Under the pieces are notes generated by a model that searched no databases, was not told the origin of the DNA, and saw only the letters and a list, made by a program, of their open reading frames with translations. Source: a virus (Duplodnaviria > Caudoviricetes). From it: a stretch of DNA of 30,380 nucleotides. This document shows, in pieces, positions 14,865-25,000 of this stretch; within the stretch, counting starts at the first letter, position 1, and every line of letters begins with the position of its first letter. The stretch is taken from positions 1-30,380 of the IMG/VR virus record IMGVR_UViG_3300032295_000600; one strand, 5' to 3'. Position numbers and translations under genes: made by a program.

Positions 14865-16856
14865 ATGCCCTTACAAAAACTTCAACTGCGCCCCGGCGTA
14901 AACCGAGAATCGACAACGCTGGCCAATGAAGGCACTTGGTTCGAGATGGACAAGGTGCGTTTTCGCTCGGGCTATCCCGAGAAGCTGGGCGGTTGGGCAA
15001 GAGATAATGGCACTTACAACAATAATGGCGTAGCAGTAGCGCCTCCGACTGGTTCTTTCTGGGGGGTTTGCCGCTCTTTGTTTAACTGGATTACTCTGGC
15101 AGGGGTTAATTTGATGGGGTTGGGCACCAATCTCAAGTACTACATTCAGCAAACTTCTGGCGGCACGTTCTACGATGTCACCCCTATTCGCTCAGTTGAC
15201 GCTGGGGTAACTAACGCTTTTACAACAACCAACGCATCAACAACCGTTGTTGTCAACGACGTTGCGCATGGCGGACAAACTAACGATTTTGTGACCATCT
15301 CTGGAGTTGCTGGCGCTGTCAATGGCATCCCTGCTTCTGCGTTGAATCTGGAATTTCAAATCACACGCATCGACGCTAACTCTTTTAGTATTGTTGTGTC
15401 TTCCCCCGCCACGTCCTCTGGGACTGCCGGTACTGCAACACTTACTTACCAAATTGGAGTTGGTAGTGAGATTTACACGGTTGGTGTGGGTTGGGGAGCT
15501 GGCGGTTGGGGTGGTAATACGGGCGGCACGTTGACTGGATGGGGTCTTGCTGCCCCTGCTGGTGTTGGCGTAGGTATTCAGTTGCGGCTTTGGAGCGAGG
15601 ACAACTTTGGCGACTATCTTGTCATGAACCCTCGGGGCGGGGCGATCTATATGTGGGTCCCCGCAGTATCGCCGTCTACTTACAATCGTGCACAAGTGTT
15701 GTCCAGTACAAACACCAGCACACAAGACGGTGTTCAGTATTGGTTGTCGGACACCAGCTGCCCAAACGTAGCTAACATTGTTGCAACTTCTGACACTTCC
15801 CGTTTTGTCATTGCCTTTGGCTGCAATGATCTGCCGACTACCATGGGGGGTGTTGCGCCTACTACTTTAGATCCGTTGTTGGTGCGCTGGTCGGATCAGG
15901 AAAACTATAAAGTTTGGTATCCCGAGGCAACCAACCAAGCAGGGAGTTTCCGTTTGAGTGTTGGCTCTTCCATTGTGGCCGAGTTACAGGCTCGTCAGGA
16001 GATTTTGATTTGGACAGACGCTGCACTGTACAGTATGCAGTACCTTGGCCCACCGCTTGTTTGGGGCTTTCAGATTCTGGGCGACAACATCTCCATCATG
16101 GGGCCAAACGCACCAGCTACGGCAGCCAACGTTACGTACTGGATGGGGCGCGATAAGTTCTACATGTACTCCGGTCGTGTGGAGACGCTGTACTGCCCCC
16201 TGCGCCAATACATCTTTGGTGATATCAACCTTGAACAAGCGTATCAGTTCTTTGGCAGCACCAACGAAGCATTCAATGAAATCTGGTTCTACTACTGCTC
16301 ATCCAACTCGGACGTAATTGACCGGTATGTAATTTACAACCACGTTGAAAAAATATGGTCTTACGGCAACCTTGCGCGTACGGCTTGGCTAGACACAAGT
16401 CTGCGTGATTTCCCTACAGCTGCAGGATACGGCGGTCAGCTCATTTACCACGAAAACGGTGTGAACGACGGCACTACCAACCCGCCAAGTCCAATCGTGT
16501 CTTACATCCAGTCTGCCGACTTCAACATCGGGGACGGACACAACTACGGTTTTGTATGGCGGATGATTCCCGACATTACGTTTGATGGCTCTTCGGTCAA
16601 CAACCCGTCGGTCACATTCAGTATGCGTCCAAGGCAAAACCCCGGCTCGAACTACGGCACAGCGCCTACCCCTGCGGTCACCAGCACCTTGAACTTTCAA
16701 ACGCAGCGCAACTACCTTGTGCAGCAGTTCACGCAGATTGTTTACACACGCATTCGAGGACGCCAGATGGCGTTTAAAATTAGCTCGGACGGGTTGGGTG
16801 TTCAGTGGCAACTTGGCGTTCCGTCAATCGACGTGCGTCCTGATGGCCGGAGATAA
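14865..16856 (+). CDS. Tail nozzle / DNA stabilisation protein (P22 gp10 / T7 gp12 analogue)
   Basis: 663 aa, aromatic-rich and beta-propeller-like. VRF..G.PEK.GGW, VRWSDQE, ATNQAGS.RL, FNEIWFYY, L.RTAW.D, and C-terminal R.RGRQ...PDGRR. Lies before the ejection genes. Confidence 0.75.
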   Translation: MPLQKLQLRPGVNRESTTLANEGTWFEMDKVRFRSGYPEKLGGWARDNGTYNNNGVAVAPPTGSFWGVCRSLFNWITLAGVNLMGLGTNLKYYIQQTSGGTFYDVTPIRSVDAGVTNAFTTTNASTTVVVNDVAHGGQTNDFVTISGVAGAVNGIPASALNLEFQITRIDANSFSIVVSSPATSSGTAGTATLTYQIGVGSEIYTVGVGWGAGGWGGNTGGTLTGWGLAAPAGVGVGIQLRLWSEDNFGDYLVMNPRGGAIYMWVPAVSPSTYNRAQVLSSTNTSTQDGVQYWLSDTSCPNVANIVATSDTSRFVIAFGCNDLPTTMGGVAPTTLDPLLVRWSDQENYKVWYPEATNQAGSFRLSVGSSIVAELQARQEILIWTDAALYSMQYLGPPLVWGFQILGDNISIMGPNAPATAANVTYWMGRDKFYMYSGRVETLYCPLRQYIFGDINLEQAYQFFGSTNEAFNEIWFYYCSSNSDVIDRYVIYNHVEKIWSYGNLARTAWLDTSLRDFPTAAGYGGQLIYHENGVNDGTTNPPSPIVSYIQSADFNIGDGHNYGFVWRMIPDITFDGSSVNNPSVTFSMRPRQNPGSNYGTAPTPAVTSTLNFQTQRNYLVQQFTQIVYTRIRGRQMAFKISSDGLGVQWQLGVPSIDVRPDGRR

Positions 16857-16858
16857 GC

Positions 16859-17206
16859 ATGTCACTGATTGTTACTTCTGAGAACGCACTAAACAGGGTT
16901 ACGGCCCCCCGCTTGCCTACCGCACCGCAGCAGTATGAGGAGCGGTTTCACAACCAGTTTGCTGATGTGTTGCGTTTGTATTTCAACAGGCTTGATGCTA
17001 TTTTGGGGCAGTTAAATACTTCCGCAACGATTCCGCCAACCACAAACTACACCGTAGCTACACTGCCCAGCGCGGCTACCTCTGGTGCGGGAGCGCGAAC
17101 TTTTGTCACAAACGCATTGACTCCCTCTTTTGGCTCCACGGTTGTTGGTGGTGGGGCCGTTTTCACCCCAGTATATTCTGATGGAACCAATTGGAAAGTT
17201 GGCTAA
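16859..17206 (+). CDS. Small virion protein (tail needle/plug-like position)
   Basis: 115 aa. N-terminal helix (VLRLYFNRLD) plus a fibre-like YTVATLPSA...PVYSDGTNW module. Confidence 0.6.
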   Translation: MSLIVTSENALNRVTAPRLPTAPQQYEERFHNQFADVLRLYFNRLDAILGQLNTSATIPPTTNYTVATLPSAATSGAGARTFVTNALTPSFGSTVVGGGAVFTPVYSDGTNWKVG

Positions 17207-17255
17207 ATCCGTATCACATGATAAACTTAATCAACCCCTTTTTCGTGAGGCCCCA

Positions 17256-18854
17256 ATGAGCCTAGAACTTGCTGCACAACACCTTGCTAGCCGTGGCCGC
17301 AAAGGCGACACCATGCTGGTACACATGGCCCCACAAGAAGTGTCGGGCCTACAAGCGCTTGCCAGAGCCCACGGCGGCACGCTAACGGTTAATCCAGATA
17401 CGGGTTTACCCGAAGCCAACTTCTTAAAACGCATGCTGCCCATGCTTATCGGTGCTGCGCTTACACCCTTGACTGGTGGCTTGATTAACCCAATGACCGC
17501 AGGTTTGTTGATTGGTGGTGTTGAAACTGCTCGTACAGGCGACTTGGGCAAAGGTCTGATGGCGGGTCTTGGCGCGTACGGCGGTGCAGGGCTTGGCGCA
17601 GGTTTGTTTGGTGCTGGTGCAAACGCTATGACAACAGAAGCTGCAAAAGCAGCAACACAAACAGGTTTATCCGAAGCCGCTAAAGCACAAGCTATAGACA
17701 CGGCCAGCATTGCATCGGGAGCTAAAGAGTTAGCCAATCCGTTTGCCACAATGGGTCAAGGCGTAGCATCGTTGACTGGAGAAGCAGGCCGCAATGCAGC
17801 TTTAAGTTCAATGGGCGGCGGCATGCAAGCAGCTAAGTATGGTCTGGCCGCAGCAAGTCCCATGCTGATGCAAGGCGCTAAACAAACGCCGTTTGCTGGT
17901 AGCGGTCCAAACCCATACGAATACGACTACGATCCAAACACTCAGCGCTACACCCGAGTGCCGCCCGGAAGCCGACAAAGAGATATTCTGGCACCCACTA
18001 CGGGTATGCCCGGCATGGCTATGGGCGGTCCAGTTGAGGAAATGTCCGACCGCAATCAAATGGAAACCATGATGGCCAACGGCGGTCAGATGTTTGCTAC
18101 GGGTGGACAGATCAATCTCCAAGGCACTTTTGATGTTGGAGGTGGCGGTCAGTCTGGTCAGGCAAACACCAATGGTTACCAAGCTGCAGGTAGTGGCGGT
18201 GGTGGTGGCGGACTGCTTGCGGGTATGGGCGGCACATCAGAAAACGGGTATATGTCTCCCGGTGGCATGGGTGGCATGGGTGGCGGTCTTGCTGGGGCTC
18301 TTGCTGGGGCTTTTAGACAATTTGATGGTGGACAAATGCCCGGCTCTACCATGCTTCCGGGGCTTTATGGGGGTGCTGCTAAGCCTATGGACGCTTACGA
18401 TGAGTACGCGGCAAGCAACAACCAAAGGCTTGCTGAAAGAAATCGGCAGTCGGGGAACATGATTATGACGCACGACTATGTCGGGCCCACCATGTCACGT
18501 GATAAGTTTGAAGCAGCCCAAAATGCGCCCATGAACCCCGCCGGTCGTTTTGCTGCTGGCGGTGTTTCCCACCTTGGCGATTATTCCGATGGCGGTCGTC
18601 TTTTGAAAGGTCCCGGCGATGGTGTATCTGACTCAATTCCTGCAACGATTGCGAACAAGCGCCCAGCGCGTCTTGCTGATGGTGAGTTCGTTGTGCCTGC
18701 TCGTATCGTTTCTGAGCTAGGTAATGGCTCGACCGAAGCCGGTGCTCGCAAGCTGTACGCCATGATGGATCGCATCCAGAAGGCCCGTGGCAAAACAACT
18801 GGCAAGAACCGTGTGGCCGTAAACAGCCGTGCTGAGAAACTGTTGCCAGCATGA
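17256..18854 (+). CDS. Internal virion/ejection protein 1 (Gly-zipper region; tape-measure-like GPGDGVSDSIPA..GEFVV domain)
   Basis: GAGG RBS at 17247-17250 and ATG at 17256. N-terminal GRKGDTMLVH..NPDTGLPE domain, Gly/Ala membrane-like helices, five phi-x-x-GG motifs. Confidence 0.75.
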   Translation: MSLELAAQHLASRGRKGDTMLVHMAPQEVSGLQALARAHGGTLTVNPDTGLPEANFLKRMLPMLIGAALTPLTGGLINPMTAGLLIGGVETARTGDLGKGLMAGLGAYGGAGLGAGLFGAGANAMTTEAAKAATQTGLSEAAKAQAIDTASIASGAKELANPFATMGQGVASLTGEAGRNAALSSMGGGMQAAKYGLAAASPMLMQGAKQTPFAGSGPNPYEYDYDPNTQRYTRVPPGSRQRDILAPTTGMPGMAMGGPVEEMSDRNQMETMMANGGQMFATGGQINLQGTFDVGGGGQSGQANTNGYQAAGSGGGGGGLLAGMGGTSENGYMSPGGMGGMGGGLAGALAGAFRQFDGGQMPGSTMLPGLYGGAAKPMDAYDEYAASNNQRLAERNRQSGNMIMTHDYVGPTMSRDKFEAAQNAPMNPAGRFAAGGVSHLGDYSDGGRLLKGPGDGVSDSIPATIANKRPARLADGEFVVPARIVSELGNGSTEAGARKLYAMMDRIQKARGKTTGKNRVAVNSRAEKLLPA

Positions 18855-19255
18855 GAATCGAACGCGTTGATGTAGGGCATGTCCACCAAGTCTGGCATTT
18901 GGTTGAGCCGCATATTGCATCAGCGCTAGAGCACGCCAAAGGCGATTACACGCTGGAGTCGGTTAAAGTTTTGTTGGTTACAGGCCAGTGGTTGTTGATT
19001 GTAGCCGTGGATGATGAAGGTGTGCAGGGGGCGGCAACATTGATGTTTACTAGCCGTCCGCACGACAGAGTTGCGTTTATCACAACGATCGGTGGCAAAA
19101 TGATAAGTAGCGAAGAAACGTTTGAGCAGCTCAAAACGCTGATGCGTTCTTTGGGTGCTACCTGTATTGAAGGCGCTGCACGAGAAGCCATCGCCCGGCT
19201 CTGGTCACGTTACGGCTTTGAAGAAAAGTACAAAATTGTTGGAGTGAAAATATGA
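18851..19255 (+). CDS. GNAT-fold acetyltransferase-like protein (position of P22 gp14 / T7 gp13)
   Basis: 134 aa with ARLWSRYGF C-terminal GNAT-like motif; immediately upstream of the pilot-type ejection gene. Confidence 0.6.
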   Translation: MRIERVDVGHVHQVWHLVEPHIASALEHAKGDYTLESVKVLLVTGQWLLIVAVDDEGVQGAATLMFTSRPHDRVAFITTIGGKMISSEETFEQLKTLMRSLGATCIEGAAREAIARLWSRYGFEEKYKIVGVKI

Positions 19256-20373
19256 GCTATTCCCGCAGACAGCTTGAAGCATTTGGCGAGCCGCTGGGCG
19301 ACTCCGTTACCCGCAAAGAAGGCGGGCGCATCATTTATGGTGGTGGCGGTGGTGGCGGAAGCGGCACGCAAACCCAAGTTATTGACCTGCCAGAATGGGC
19401 TAAGCCCACGGCCCAAAAACAGCTGGGCCTTGCCGAGTCCGTAACGGACATCAACAAAAACCCATTCCAAAGCTACGGCGACTTTGCTAGAAAAAAGGGC
19501 ATGGACCCTACGCAAGTGGCAGGCTTTACTGGGCTGCAAAACAGAGCGTTCCAAGGCGCAGAGAACTTACAGCCATCTGGCGCAGTAGGTGCAGGTATGG
19601 GCCTTGCCGGGGCGGCGGGTATGCAGGCACTAGGCACGCAGTACAACCCTTACGCTACAGGACAGTTTGGCGCTCAGGCCGGTCAGTACATGGACCCGTA
19701 CATGCAGAACGTGGTGGGTATCCAGCAACGGGAAGCCCAACGTGCATCTGAAATGCAGCGCAATCAGAATCAAGCCCAAGCCGTTCAGCAGGGTGCTTTT
19801 GGTGGTTCCCGTCAGGCTATTGTAGAAGCCGAGCGCCAGCGTAATCTGGGTACCCAGATGGGCGACATTCAGGCTCGCGGTCTGCAAGACGCGTATGGCC
19901 GTGGCCAACAGCAATTCAACACAGAGCAGCAACTGCGGGAGCAATCTCGTCAGTATGGCGCAGGTCTTGGTATGCAAGGCCTTCAGACCGCCCTGCAAAG
20001 CGCGGGGCAACTGGGTCAATTGGGTGGCCAACAGTTTGGCCAGCAAAAAGACGTCATCGGTATGCAAAACCAGATGGGTACGCAGCAGCAGCAACAAGAG
20101 CAGGCGCTCATCAACGCCCGTATGCAGGACTTCCAAGCCCAGCAACGCTATCCGTATCAGCAGTTGGAGTTCATGTCGAACATCCTGCGCGGCACTCCTA
20201 TGGGCACTGTGCAAAGCTTGTACACGCCTCAGCCCGGTATCGGGCAGCAGGCTCTTGGCGCGGGCACCTCTCTAGCTGGAGCGTACATGATGGGCGGCGG
20301 CAAGTTTGCACAGGGCGGCTCCGTAAACGCTCAACCAGCCGGACTGGCTGAGCTGGCAATCTCAAAGATGTAA
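19252..20373 (+). CDS. Ejection/pilot protein 2 (Gln-rich coiled coil, N-terminal leader plus Gly7)
   Basis: Leader then YGGGGGGGSG; YMDPY, GAFGGSR, Q-rich helices; C-terminal Gly-zipper and FAQGGSV. Confidence 0.75.
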   Translation: MSYSRRQLEAFGEPLGDSVTRKEGGRIIYGGGGGGGSGTQTQVIDLPEWAKPTAQKQLGLAESVTDINKNPFQSYGDFARKKGMDPTQVAGFTGLQNRAFQGAENLQPSGAVGAGMGLAGAAGMQALGTQYNPYATGQFGAQAGQYMDPYMQNVVGIQQREAQRASEMQRNQNQAQAVQQGAFGGSRQAIVEAERQRNLGTQMGDIQARGLQDAYGRGQQQFNTEQQLREQSRQYGAGLGMQGLQTALQSAGQLGQLGGQQFGQQKDVIGMQNQMGTQQQQQEQALINARMQDFQAQQRYPYQQLEFMSNILRGTPMGTVQSLYTPQPGIGQQALGAGTSLAGAYMMGGGKFAQGGSVNAQPAGLAELAISKM

Positions 20374-20381
20374 GGTAAGCC

Positions 20382-21974
20382 ATGTCAATTAACGTCAATA
20401 AAATTACCTCAACGTTGGCAAAGCTGGGAGACCCAGAACTGCAGCAATACGCGCAGATGCATAAGAACGACCCGTACATCATGGCGTTGGCCATATCGGA
20501 GTCCAACCGCCGCAAAGAAGTGCGTGCTGCTAGTCAAGAGTCAATGCAAGAGCAGCCCAAAGTGGTTGACCAAATGGTGGCCGAGATAGCCCCCCAGCAG
20601 ATGCCAGAAGACCAAGGTATTGGTCAGCTTCCCGCAGGCGATATGAACTTTGCTGGTGGCGGTATTATTGCGTTTGCTGACGGTGGTGATGTTGAGCGCT
20701 ATCAGTTTGGCGGGAATACGATGGGTGGGTTTACGCCAGACTTTGCGCAAGCAGAACTGGCAGGTAGTGCAAGTGCTTTGCAGACACAAGAAACACAACG
20801 TGCACGAACGCTGGCTGAACTCGAACAAAAAGTGGCGTTCTTGACCAATGCCGGAGCGCCACAAGCAGCCGCAGCACGTGCACAACTTGAGGCTTTTAAA
20901 GCTTCTGGGCAGTCTACTATGCCCGCCGCTGCGCAATTTACGCCCGCCGCTGTGAGCCCCGCCGCACCAGTTGCTGCGGGTACTGAAGGACGTCGAACTT
21001 CCCCTGTTGCAGAGGGGATTGGCACAAACGTATCGCCTAATCTAATCCCAGCATCAGCACGCGCTAAAGCAAAAGTAGAGGGTAAGGCCCCACCTGCACC
21101 CGGCACAAAACCTCCCGCACCAGCAGCCGATAAAGCGTCGGCTGGGCTTGACGCACTGATTAACAAATTCACACGCGAAACTGATCTTGCACAAGGGGAT
21201 TTGAGAAATCAACGGGTGGGGGTTGCTTCGCAACTTGAGCAAACCGCTATGGAAGATAAAGCGGAAGGCGAAAAAAGGCGTGCCGCTCGTGGCGACGTGT
21301 TTGCCGGTAAAGAAGCTCGCCTTGCTGAACGTGAAAAGGGCGTAGCTGGAATGAAAGACCAGAACCTCGGACTAGCGCTGTTACAGGCCGGGGCTACCAT
21401 AATGTCAACTCCGGGCAACCTTGGCTCAGTAATCGGTAAAGGCGTACAAGTCGGCAGTGAGCGCTATATTGCCGGTATCGACAAGATCAATGCGGCTAAA
21501 GAAAAATTTGCCGAAGCCCGCGACCGTCTGGACGATCTGCGTCTGAACCGCAACGACATGAACGAAAAAGAAATTCGTGACGAAAACCGAGCAATTCGCA
21601 ACGCCCGCCTACAAGGTAAGCAACTGTACTTGGATGGCGCTACAAACGACTTGAAAATTTCTACTGACAACCAAAGAGCAATCTTTACTACTGCGGCTGA
21701 CGCAATCCAGACAGATAAGAAAGTCCAAGCGCAGCTTGAAAGCGCAAGAATTTCTGCTAACCGCCCTAACGAGCAAATGCAGATTGCTATGGCGCTGGGT
21801 AACAACAACCTTGAAGCTGGTTTGCGTAAAGTAGCAGAGATCCAAGCCGGTAAATTTAGCGTTGCCAACTCTTACGCTGATTACTTGAAGGCTTTTGCAG
21901 GCAAGGACACCATGACCCCACCGCTTACATTTGCTAGTTACGCGGCGCAATTTGGGGCTACCCTACCGCGTTAA
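20382..21974 (+). CDS. Ejection protein 3 (helical, coiled coil)
   Basis: 530 aa. FAGGGII-A-FADGGDV-ER-YQFGG cluster, Ala/Pro linker, hydrophobic LGLALLQAGATIM helix. Confidence 0.7.
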   Translation: MSINVNKITSTLAKLGDPELQQYAQMHKNDPYIMALAISESNRRKEVRAASQESMQEQPKVVDQMVAEIAPQQMPEDQGIGQLPAGDMNFAGGGIIAFADGGDVERYQFGGNTMGGFTPDFAQAELAGSASALQTQETQRARTLAELEQKVAFLTNAGAPQAAAARAQLEAFKASGQSTMPAAAQFTPAAVSPAAPVAAGTEGRRTSPVAEGIGTNVSPNLIPASARAKAKVEGKAPPAPGTKPPAPAADKASAGLDALINKFTRETDLAQGDLRNQRVGVASQLEQTAMEDKAEGEKRRAARGDVFAGKEARLAEREKGVAGMKDQNLGLALLQAGATIMSTPGNLGSVIGKGVQVGSERYIAGIDKINAAKEKFAEARDRLDDLRLNRNDMNEKEIRDENRAIRNARLQGKQLYLDGATNDLKISTDNQRAIFTTAADAIQTDKKVQAQLESARISANRPNEQMQIAMALGNNNLEAGLRKVAEIQAGKFSVANSYADYLKAFAGKDTMTPPLTFASYAAQFGATLPR

Positions 21975-22043
21975 TTTTTGCCATAATAGGCTGGCGCTTA
22001 AACATTCGGGGTCGCGCCACTCGATCACAATTTGAGAACTGCT

Positions 22044-25000
22044 ATGGCTACTAAAATCCAACTCCCTAACGGTGCTTTCTTTCCGGTCAAAGAGGGCGAG
22101 AGCAAGGAACAAGCGCTGGCCGTAGCCAAGCAGATGTACCCCGATGCGTTTGGGGCAAGAGAAGAAGCTAAGCCAAAGCAAGACACCTCCGGTTTCAAAG
22201 CCGCTGCCTCTGCCGGTGCTACCCGATTGGGTGGTGAGTTTGAATTGCTCAAGGGCAAGCTGGGACTTAAGAGCGAGGCCGAGGCTCAAAAAGAATATGA
22301 AGCAGCGCAAGCCAAAGCCACCGCACGCTTTACTCCAACGGAAAAAGGCTTCACTGAAGACCCGCTTTTAAAGTTTCGAGAACTTCTTGGCGGGTCTGTC
22401 CCCTACATGGCCGCCCCAGCAGCCGCAGGTCTTGCGGCTTTGGCCGCTCCAGTTTCCGTTCCGGTTGCGGCAGGTCTTGGTTTGTTGGGCGCAGGCGCTG
22501 TATCTACTGGTCAGTTCACTGGCTCCAACTTGGCCCGTCAGATGGACACCGGCAAGACACTGGAAGAGGCTAGCCTTGGCAAAGCTGCAGCCGCAGCCGT
22601 TCCGCAAGCACTGATTGATACCGCCGCCATGGCGTTGCTGCCCGGTGTGGGCAAGCTGTTCGGCTCCGTGGGCTCCAAGCTGACAACCGAGCAAGCTAAA
22701 GCTATTGCCAACCAGACGCTGAGCAAAGCAGCGATGGACTACACCGCCAAGACAGGCATGGCCATGGGGCGTGAAGGTTTTACCGAAGTCGCCCAGCAAT
22801 CGCTTGAACGTCTGCAAGCGGGCCTGAACATCGCTGATCCAGAAGCCCGCAAAGAATACGTTGAAAGCTTCATTGGTGGCGCAGTGCTGGGCGGTACATT
22901 GGCCCCTGTTGGTCGTGCGTTTGAGCGCAGCAGCGCAAAGACCCAAGCAGCCAAAGCCGAGCGGGATGAGCGCAACTTGTTGTCCAAAGAAGCCGCTGAG
23001 CAAGAGCGCCTTGCTCAAGAGCAAGAGGAAGCCCGACGTCAGACCCCTGAGTATGCGCTTGAGAAAGCCAAAGAGCTGCGAACCCTTGAGCAAGAGAAGA
23101 TCGCTCTGCAACAGCAAGAGCGAAAGGTCACCAAAAATTCTCCCACCGAGGCGGAAGACAAGGCGTTCAATAAAGAAATCCGAGAGCAGCTTCGTGTTAA
23201 CAAGTTGGCGCGAGATGAGATTGCTCCCGAAGTCAATCGCTTGAAACAGACAGGCGTATACCAACAGGCGCTGGAGCAAGAACGTATTGCAAGTATGTCT
23301 CCAGAAGACTACATGCTTGAGCAAATGAGTCAGCAAGCTGGTATTCAAGCCGCTGGCAGGAAAACAAACAAAGGGCAGTTGTTCCCAACCGAAGAGCCTG
23401 CCCCAGCAGACACAACTTTACAGGACTACGCTGCAGAACAACTGACAGCGGCACAAAACGTTGGGGCGTTGACTACAAAAGACCGCCTTGACTACCTGAT
23501 GCAAAATCCAGAGATGGCAAGGCAGTTGCTTGCAAACCGCACACCATTGCCCGGAGTAGATGAAAAAGAACAAAAGATTATTTACAGCGCGTTAGTTGGG
23601 CAACTTAAAGCGTTTGATAAGCAACAAGCCGAGCAAGAACGAGTCCGTGCTGAACAAGCAGAGCGTGTGCGCGGTCAGATGGCTGGCGCTGCCCCCGGTT
23701 CTGAGCTTATGGGGACTATGACCAAGATGCCCGCTGTGCAGGCTGCGGAACAACAACGTGCTGTAGACGAAGCGCGTTTGCGTGTAGTCACGCCTGAAGT
23801 TGAAGGCTTACAAAGACTTGGGCAAGCCCCTGACTACAGCCCCGCACAAGCACTGCGTCAATCATACGAAGCTAACAAAGCACGCACCGCGCAAGACGAA
23901 GACCTTGTTCAAGGATTGATAGACACGTTACCTAAAGGCGGCATGCTTATCCCCGGCCAAGTTTTCCAAGGTTTGGGTGGCGGTACGGCGCGTGAGCGTA
24001 GTGATCTGTTGACCCAACTGGCTGTTGCCCGAGAGTCCAGCGGCAAATCAAAGACGGGCGGTGTCAAAGATAACGACGTATCACGCGGCATTATTGAAAA
24101 GCTTCGCGCCTTAAAACAAACGGAAACAACAGGGACGGGTGCGGAGACGCAACCTTTGCAAACTGCGCTAGCCGGTATTTCTGTGCCAGAAGCTCGCGCT
24201 AAAGAAGCCGCAGCAAACAAGTTTGCTGACCAGCAGAATCAACAGTTGATGGCGTTCACACGCATATTGGGTAAAGTAAATAGAGGCACGCTAGTACTAC
24301 CGGACACATTTAAACAACGCAGCGATGCCATCAAACAAGCGTATCTTCAACTACACATAGACGAGATTAACGCTAGGCGCGATGCGTTTGGCTTGCCCCC
24401 TATGGCCGATTGGGAACGCGGTGAAGCCCGTGCCCGCGTTATGGAAGCGCTTAATGAGTTGGGCGATCGTTGGGGCAGCGCGGCTAACGCAGGGCCTGCT
24501 GGCCAGCGCCAGTTTGGATCACAAGTACAAGCGGTTGCCGCACTGCAAGAGCAGATGCGCACTAACATCCAGAAGACTGTGGCCGAAGCCGCTGAGCGTG
24601 CCAGACTAGGGGCAACTAACGAAGTTGCAGAAAAAACCACAGTGCCAGCAGGCACTGGTAAACGTATAGCCGCGCCCGCCGAATTAACCCTGCGCGGCGA
24701 AGCACGTACTGAGCTATCCACTGAGGACATGATTGAAGCGCTGCTATCTCAAACAGAAACACGCGAACGCGCAGTGCCCACGGCTGCGGTTAAACCAGCT
24801 AAAAAAGTTACAGACCTTGGGGATATAAAGCAACTACTAGAAAAAGAACGTTCTGGTGGCAAGCTAGAGCCCATGGGTAAAGGCTCCGTCCAGTTGCTTC
24901 AACAGCTTCAAGACATGTTGCCGCAGACAACAGATGCTGACTTTAAAGAACTAGCTCGCAAAATTGTTCGTCAGATTTACACAGGCAACGAACCTAATTT

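Noticed and set aside
17130-17255. Extended starts in the ORF track (17130; also 507, 1064, 2775, 12188, 22032)
   Set aside because: These non-ATG starts mostly overlap upstream genes; downstream ATGs with RBS or tight coupling fit better.
21992-22019. Rho-independent terminator or ncRNA
   Set aside because: Only a 6-bp stem with a 16-nt loop and no U-tract.
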